In this document: piece after piece, positions 58,690-64,000 of the stretch
Numbering within the stretch: position 1 is the first letter of the stretch
Layout of the letters: the number at the start of each line of letters is the position of its first letter
Assembly: GCA_017555825.1 (NCBI GenBank)
Contig: JAFZFQ010000018.1
Location: forward strand, 8,359-72,358
Direction: 5' to 3'
DNA: 64,000 bases
Source: Bacteroidaceae bacterium
GTDB taxonomy: Bacteria; Bacteroidota; Bacteroidia; Bacteroidales; Barnesiellaceae_A
Made by a program: the position numbers and the translations under genes
The notes under the pieces: generated by a model
What the model was told of the DNA's origin: nothing
Database searches by the model: none
The model's input: the letters and a program-made list of their open reading frames with translations, nothing else

Positions 58690-60234
58690 TTATTTGGCTG
58701 TGAGTGTTATCAGAGGAACCATCATCTCTTCGAGCGATATACCTCCGTGTTGGAAAGTGTCCTTATAGTAACTTACGTAGTAGTTGTAGTTGTTGGGGTA
58801 GGCAAAGAAGTCGCTGTTGGTAGCAAAGATATAGGTCGAGCTGATGTTGGGCGAGGGTAGGCCATAGAGCTTCGGATTCTTTATCTCGTATACCTGCTTG
58901 GGGTTGTAACTGAGTGACTTGCCTACTTTATAGCGCAAGTTGGTATTGGTATTTTTGTCGCCTATAACTTTGATAGGACTATCGACGTGTACCGTGCCGT
59001 GGTCGGTTGTGAGGATAATTTTGTATCCGCTCTCGGCTATCTTCTTAAAGAGGTCTATAGCCGATGAGTGGCGAAACCATGACTCGGTAAGCGAGCGATA
59101 GGCTGCCTCGGTCGAGGCGAGCTCGCGCATCATCTTCGACTCGGTGCGGGCATGTGATAGCATATCGATAAAGTTGAGTACGCACACATTCAACGGCTTG
59201 TCGGTAAAGCGCGAGAAGTTCTGCAAGAGCTTGTCTCCGTAGGCGTTTTCGTTGATTTTGTTGTAGGTAAACTCATAGTTCTTGCGGAAACGGTCGAGTT
59301 GTGTCTGTATGAGGGGTGCTTCGTTGAGGTTCTTGCCCTCTTCTTCGTCTTCGTCTACCCATAGGTCGGGAAACATCTCGGCTATTTTGTTGGGCATCAG
59401 ACCCGAGAAGATTGCGTTGCGGGCATATTGGGTTGCGGTGGGCAGTATGCTGCAATACATCTCTTCCTCGGCAGTAAAGTAGTTGCTGAGTAGGGGTTGT
59501 ATGATGCGCCATTGGTCGAGGCGGAAGTTATCGATGAGTATAAAGAAGAGCTTCTCGCCATTGTCCAGGGCAGGAAAAACGCGCTTCTTGAAGAGCTCGT
59601 GGCTCATCATGGGGTGGTCGTCGGTGGTTATCCAGCGCTCGTAGTTTTTCTTGATAAACTTGGCAAACGCGGCATTGGCTTCCACCTTCTGCATGCGCAA
59701 TAGGTCGTCCATATTGGTTGTCTCGGCATGCGATAGCTCAAGATCCCAATAAACGAGTTTGCGATATACTTCGTTCCAATCTTCCCAGGTAGATGAGTTG
59801 TTTATGAGCATACCTATGCGGCCAAACTCTTGTTGGTAGTTGCTCGTTGTCTCGTCCGATATAATCTCGCGACTATGCAAGTTCTTCTTGATAGAGAGAA
59901 ATATCTGGTTGGGATTGACGGGCTTGATGAGGTAATCGGCAATTTTGTTGCCTATGGCCTGGTTCATAATATCCTCTTCCTCACTCTTGGTTATCATGAC
60001 CACAGGTATCTCGGGGTGACGCTCTTTGATGTGGCTCAGGGTCTCCAGGCCACTCAAGCCGGGCATGTTCTCATCGAGAATGATGAGATCGTATTTCTCT
60101 TTTTCGCACGCATCGAGGGCATCGAGACCATTGGTCACGGTGGTGAGGTCATATCCCTTCTGTGTGAGAAAAAGTATGTGAGGCTTGAGCAAGTCTATCT
60201 CGTCATCGGCCCATAGTATCATCGGTTGTTTCAT
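58690..60234 (-). CDS. porX: response regulator with PglZ (alkaline-phosphatase-like) domain, PorX-type T9SS regulator
   Basis: 514 aa. A CheY receiver ([23 protein letters not shown]) is fused to a C-terminal PglZ domain (..TDHGTVHV..). The architecture, size and adjacency to a PorW/SprE-like gene fit PorX. Confidence 0.75.
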   Translation of the reverse strand: MKQPMILWADDEIDLLKPHILFLTQKGYDLTTVTNGLDALDACEKEKYDLIILDENMPGLSGLETLSHIKERHPEIPVVMITKSEEEDIMNQAIGNKIADYLIKPVNPNQIFLSIKKNLHSREIISDETTSNYQQEFGRIGMLINNSSTWEDWNEVYRKLVYWDLELSHAETTNMDDLLRMQKVEANAAFAKFIKKNYERWITTDDHPMMSHELFKKRVFPALDNGEKLFFILIDNFRLDQWRIIQPLLSNYFTAEEEMYCSILPTATQYARNAIFSGLMPNKIAEMFPDLWVDEDEEEGKNLNEAPLIQTQLDRFRKNYEFTYNKINENAYGDKLLQNFSRFTDKPLNVCVLNFIDMLSHARTESKMMRELASTEAAYRSLTESWFRHSSAIDLFKKIAESGYKIILTTDHGTVHVDSPIKVIGDKNTNTNLRYKVGKSLSYNPKQVYEIKNPKLYGLPSPNISSTYIFATNSDFFAYPNNYNYYVSYYKDTFQHGGISLEEMMVPLITLTAK

Positions 60235-62890
60235 CGTTGTAGGGGGTGTAGAAGTTGTTAAAAAACTCGAAGTACTCTTCCAACGTGCGACCTTGCAATA
60301 GCAACTCGTAGTTGGCTGTACTTATCATCACCGGTCGCACGCCTTCGGGTAGTACAAAGCTGCTTTCGTTGGTCATTACCGAGCGGTAGTGTACCACCTC
60401 TTCAAAGGTGTTGAAGCCTTTGACCATGAGCAACGACAAGTCGTTGAATGTAACAATATCGAGGTCGAAATCTTTCACTAAGAAGTGTGAAAAATTCATG
60501 CGTGCTACCTCATAGAGCAACAAGTTGGCCGATATCTCACGGTTGTTGAAGGCATACAGGAAGTAGTGCTCGCTGAGGGGGGTGTATGTAAATGTGCGTG
60601 TACTGTCGGCCACGGCGTTCTCGCCTTCGCCCAGTCGGGTATCCCACACCATGCCGCGTGCATTGCCACTGCCACTCACTTCGCGACCTTGTGTTATGCC
60701 CTTGAGAATGTTGCCGGTAAACTCGCTCACATCGGACGAGGGGTACTTGTCGATGAGGGTTTGAACAATATCTTTAAACTTGTCGAAGTCCTTGTCGCCT
60801 ATGTAGGCCATAGCGTCGAGGAACATAAACTTGTGCATGATGTCCGACAGTGGGTATTCGCTCTTGGCTTGTGCCACATATTGATGCACGGCGGGGTTGT
60901 CGTTGTTGAGATATGCCGTGTAGGTCTTGTGGTAGAGAGAGTCTTGCATGGCACCCTCATTGCGACGTTTTTCGAGATAGTAGGGGTCGCTCAGTGCTAT
61001 GGCATATTCGCTCTCCTTGAAGAGTGTGAGTATCTTGCTGCGGTATGTCTCGGCCTGTTCGGGCTCGTTGTTGCGCATGTGCATCAAGTAACGGTTGTAG
61101 TAGGTGTCGAGGCGATATTTGTGCTCGGGGAATCGTTTTTCCAACTCGTCAAATGTTGCCGATGCCGCCTCATAGTCTTCCAAGTCGTTCTTGAGGATGA
61201 TACCCATGTTGTAGAGTCCCTCGATGATAATCTCGTTTGACGATGCCATCTCCTCGGGTGTCAGAGGTATCTGTTTGAGATAATACTCTATCTTGTGCGG
61301 GTCGTCGGCATTGGCAAGGGCCACACTGTCGACGGGTGTGCTATTTGTGCCTTCGGCCATGGCCGGGGCGTTGTCGGCCTCTGTGTCGTTGCTACCTACG
61401 TTGCCAAAGTCGCTGGTTGAGAAGCCCGACTTGTTGCGACGACGCCAATCATCTTCCAACTTACGTGAGCCCCATTTTTTTTGGAACTCCGACTTACCCG
61501 AGTTGATGAGTTGTTGGTTGTAGAAGTACCACGAGCCATCGCCGGCCATAGTATTGTTCATGGGCTGGTTGGCTCCACCTTTCAGTAAGTTAGTGCTCAA
61601 GCCTTCGTTTTCGGCCAGATACTCTTCGCGGGCACGTTCTTCGGCCTCTTTCTTCTCGGTTTCGATAAGGTCGTCTATCATCTTTTGCAACACGGCATTA
61701 CGCTCCTCCTCGCTCATGCGGGCAAGGTTTTGCAAGCTGTCTTGCAACTCGACGTTCTGTGCATATACGACCAACTTGTCGAGCACAGCCGAGCGACGTG
61801 TGAGCAACTTGTAGTTGGGGTAGTCTTCCTTGAGCATGGGTATTGCCTCGGAGTAGCAGGGTTGTGCATCGACATACTCGCGACGACCAAAGTGCAACTC
61901 GCCCAGCGTGATTTGGCACACGGCTTTTTCTATACCGTTGCGAGTGCTTTTCTCTACTGCTTTCTTGTAGTTGTCTATGGCATGTGTGGTATCGTTGTGA
62001 GCCATGTAGAGGTTGCCTATGGCATAGTATATCTGGTCGAGATAATCTTTGTTTACACTTCTGTGAGTGAGGCGTTCGAGCGATTTTACCTCTTTCTCCA
62101 CGTTGCTACCGGCATATACCTCGCTCATCTTGATGCGGGCGTTGAACTGTGTGCGGTAGGTGGGGTTCATATTGATAACCTTCTTGAAGGCATTGTATGA
62201 CTCTACAGGTTGCTTGTCGATGGCATAGAGCTGACCCAACAAGAATGTGAGACGCGCCTTTTGCGACTTGTTGTGCTCGTCTTTGATGGCTGTCTCAAGG
62301 AAAGGAATAGCCTTGGCGTAGTTCTTGGTTTTGATGAGATAGTCGGTATTGACAGTAGCAAACGTACTATTCATCTCGGGAGGTAGGCTGTCGTTGTTGG
62401 CTTTGTAGAGCACATCTTCGGCTTCATAAATCCAGTCGAGAGCGATGTAACTGCGAGCTTGCCACAGACGAGCTTCGGCAACGGTCTTGGGTAGCCATGA
62501 GTAGTGTTGCGCAATGTACATAAAAGTGGCCGAGGCACCCAAAAAGTCGCCCTTGTTGTACTGAGCCTTGCCCATGAGCATCCATGCGTTGTGTATAAAG
62601 GGGTTATACTCTTCTCGTTGCATATACTCCTTGTACTTGGGGTCGTTGCGCTTGCCTTGTGTGCGCTTGGGCTTGCTCTTGATACTGTGCTTTTGTATCG
62701 CGCTTTGGCACTTCTCTATTGTACGGTCGAAAGAGCCCTGAGGTTGAGGGTCTTTGGGGTTGCTGTAGGCTTGAGCCGGAGTGGTGTATACGAGGTCGGT
62801 ATAGTTGTCTTCGTATTGGTCTTGTTGCAACTTGAGTTGCTCTATATAGTTCTGCTCGGCATTGAAGTAAACGTTGTAGCGGGTGGTCAT
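60203..62890 (-). CDS. porW: TPR-repeat protein, PorW/SprE-like T9SS lipoprotein (longest intact ORF; signal peptide is detached, see 62942..63004)
   Basis: 895 aa with multiple TPR-like repeats. The residues just upstream and at the start (..SSCNTTKNTGWTRFYQSMTTRYNVYFNAEQNY) match the C-[ST]TKKN...R..H.[LM]T.[RK]YN.L[YF]N pattern I recall at SprE/PorW N-termini. It overlaps porX by ~30 nt. Confidence 0.65.
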   Translation of the reverse strand: MTTRYNVYFNAEQNYIEQLKLQQDQYEDNYTDLVYTTPAQAYSNPKDPQPQGSFDRTIEKCQSAIQKHSIKSKPKRTQGKRNDPKYKEYMQREEYNPFIHNAWMLMGKAQYNKGDFLGASATFMYIAQHYSWLPKTVAEARLWQARSYIALDWIYEAEDVLYKANNDSLPPEMNSTFATVNTDYLIKTKNYAKAIPFLETAIKDEHNKSQKARLTFLLGQLYAIDKQPVESYNAFKKVINMNPTYRTQFNARIKMSEVYAGSNVEKEVKSLERLTHRSVNKDYLDQIYYAIGNLYMAHNDTTHAIDNYKKAVEKSTRNGIEKAVCQITLGELHFGRREYVDAQPCYSEAIPMLKEDYPNYKLLTRRSAVLDKLVVYAQNVELQDSLQNLARMSEEERNAVLQKMIDDLIETEKKEAEERAREEYLAENEGLSTNLLKGGANQPMNNTMAGDGSWYFYNQQLINSGKSEFQKKWGSRKLEDDWRRRNKSGFSTSDFGNVGSNDTEADNAPAMAEGTNSTPVDSVALANADDPHKIEYYLKQIPLTPEEMASSNEIIIEGLYNMGIILKNDLEDYEAASATFDELEKRFPEHKYRLDTYYNRYLMHMRNNEPEQAETYRSKILTLFKESEYAIALSDPYYLEKRRNEGAMQDSLYHKTYTAYLNNDNPAVHQYVAQAKSEYPLSDIMHKFMFLDAMAYIGDKDFDKFKDIVQTLIDKYPSSDVSEFTGNILKGITQGREVSGSGNARGMVWDTRLGEGENAVADSTRTFTYTPLSEHYFLYAFNNREISANLLLYEVARMNFSHFLVKDFDLDIVTFNDLSLLMVKGFNTFEEVVHYRSVMTNESSFVLPEGVRPVMISTANYELLLQGRTLEEYFEFFNNFYTPYNDETTDDTMGR

Positions 62891-62941
62891 CGATTGGTAG
62901 AAGCGAGTCCAACCGGTGTTTTTGGTAGTATTGCACGACGA

Positions 62942-63004
62942 TCACAACACGACAATGAGTAGTGTTGCAACGATGTATATGTGGGTGATAGTCTCTTTTT
63001 TCAT
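62942..63004 (-). other. detached lipoprotein signal-peptide segment of the PorW/SprE-like gene, ending in an in-frame TGA
   Basis: In the same frame as the 60203..62890 ORF, ATG 63004 gives MKKETITHIYIVATLLIVVL, then TGA (62944-62942), then SSC... It starts 28 nt downstream of the preceding gene's stop. Confidence 0.7.
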
Positions 63005-63032
63005 CTTTACATATAACGTTTTTTGTCGTGGT

Positions 63033-63869
63033 TTATTGTCTTATATTCATGCTCTTGTTGCGCAATGTGCGTGTGTACAGGGCGTGTATTGCCTTGGCAA
63101 TTGCATATAGCACTACGAGCACTACTACTATGCAAGCACCTGTGGGGACAGCAATGATGGCCGACATAAAGAGCCCGACCACGCTACCTGCGAGGCACAC
63201 ACTACCCGATAGTATCATCATCGTTTTGTATCGAGAGGTGTAGAGCTCGGCAATAATCTGTGGCAGTGTGAGCACCGACATGAGCAACATGATGCCAATG
63301 AGTCGTATGGAGAGTACCACGCCGATGGCTATAAAGAGCATCATGATGGTGTTGATGTGACTCGTTTTTATGCCTTGAATGCGAGCAAAGTCGGTATCGA
63401 ATGCAGTGTAGAGTATGGGGCGGTATTGCACGGTAACATAGAGCACAAGTGCCAATGTGTAGATGGCAAAGAGGGTAATATCGGTAGTGGTGATGGTGAG
63501 GATGTTGCCAAATAGAAACTCCGACAGCCCCGGTGTGTAGCCCGGTGTGAGGAAAATAAAGATGATGCCCACAGCCATGCCCACAGCCCAAAATAGTGCT
63601 ATCGCCGAGTCTTCGCGTATGCGCTTAGTGCGCGAAGTGAGCTCGATGCCCAATGCCGTGGCGGTAGCAAATATGAGCGCCGAAAAGGTGGGCGAAATGC
63701 CTGCAAAGTATCCAATACCCAACCCGCCGAAAGAGGCATGTGTGAGCCCGCCGGCGATGAAAACCATGCGCCGTGTGACGATGTAGGTGCCAATGATGGC
63801 CGCTACAACCGAAATGAGCAGGATGCCTACAAGGGCGTTTTGGAAGAATGTATATTGCAGTATATCCAT
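63033..63869 (-). CDS. metal ABC transporter permease (ABC-3 / ZnuB-like)
   Basis: MDILQYTFFQNALVGILLISVVAAIIGTYIVTRRMVFIAGGLTHASFGG.. is typical of ABC-3 permeases, with ~8 TM segments. I prefer ATG 63869 because the upstream reading frame stops at 63883-63885. Confidence 0.85.
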   Translation of the reverse strand: MDILQYTFFQNALVGILLISVVAAIIGTYIVTRRMVFIAGGLTHASFGGLGIGYFAGISPTFSALIFATATALGIELTSRTKRIREDSAIALFWAVGMAVGIIFIFLTPGYTPGLSEFLFGNILTITTTDITLFAIYTLALVLYVTVQYRPILYTAFDTDFARIQGIKTSHINTIMMLFIAIGVVLSIRLIGIMLLMSVLTLPQIIAELYTSRYKTMMILSGSVCLAGSVVGLFMSAIIAVPTGACIVVVLVVLYAIAKAIHALYTRTLRNKSMNIRQ

Positions 63870-63882
63870 TGTTTGGTGGTGG

Positions 63883-64000
63883 TTAAAAGCGTCTTTCGCC
63901 AACGATGAGCAGTACTTCGTCTTTTACCTCGTCGGGTAGTTCTATGCCACGCAGTTGCAAGCTACGCACCCAGCCGGCTACTTCGTGGCTCTGCATGGTG
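63883..64000 (-). CDS. 3' end of a CDS truncated by the window edge (function not determinable; possibly the ABC transporter partner)
   Basis: An open minus-strand frame ..LQLRGIELPDEVKDEVLLIVGERRF-TAA ends 13 nt before the permease ATG. Only position supports a functional guess. Confidence 0.3.
   Translation of the reverse strand, partial: TMQSHEVAGWVRSLQLRGIELPDEVKDEVLLIVGERRF

Noticed and set aside
58690-60234. The PglZ domain as a marker of a BREX-type phage defence system.
   Set aside because: The PglZ domain is fused to a CheY receiver (PorX architecture) and sits next to porW and tsaE. No BREX partners (methyltransferase, BrxC/BrxL and so on) are present.
62942-62944. The TGA in the porW signal peptide as selenocysteine or a reassigned codon (code 4/25).
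   Set aside because: TGA terminates other well-supported genes here (4515-4517, 17297-17299). No convincing SECIS-like hairpin follows it. Selenocysteine inside a signal-peptide h/c-region has no rationale.
1-64000. rRNA, tRNA, tmRNA, RNase P, CRISPR arrays, IS elements and transposases.
   Set aside because: Reading both strands by eye, I found no tRNA T-arm consensus, no regularly spaced repeats and no transposase- or integrase-like ORFs. A covariance-model scan would be needed to exclude small RNAs.

Overview
The window looks like a Bacteroidota (Bacteroidales-type) chromosomal segment. This rests on T9SS components and cargo, a UpxY antiterminator, TAnnTTTG -7 boxes upstream of most operons, and many SpII/SpI signal peptides. 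It is densely coding with about 47 genes, mostly housekeeping or envelope functions. These include rpsP, aspS, Nif3, rsmD, tsaE and UvrD/PcrA. There is a GDE-GT4-GH57 glycogen-type operon, a manC-gmd-fcl GDP-fucose operon, ugd plus a UDP-GlcA epimerase behind UpxY, a TolC-MFP-RND efflux operon, nspC, an aldehyde dehydrogenase and an ECF sigma module. I saw no rRNA, tRNA, CRISPR array, integrase or transposase. Three things deserve a second look. (1) The PorW/SprE-like T9SS lipoprotein gene has its lipoprotein signal peptide cut from the mature protein by a single in-frame TGA at 62942-62944. (2) A monocistronic podovirus-type portal (head-to-tail connector)-like gene at 32309-34261 sits among housekeeping genes with no other phage genes within about 30 kb on either side. 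(3) A non-coding GC-rich block at 36721-37061 holds a duplicated 44-bp unit and at least five short hairpins. Secondary observations are tandem M6 metalloprotease paralogues with T9SS tails, a two-module LRR surface protein, a minimal UpxY-led operon, and an overlapping UbiA-type phosphoribosyltransferase/HAD pair. I cannot point to a clear multi-gene novel system. All functional calls come from reading the translated sequences by eye and need HMM or structure confirmation.
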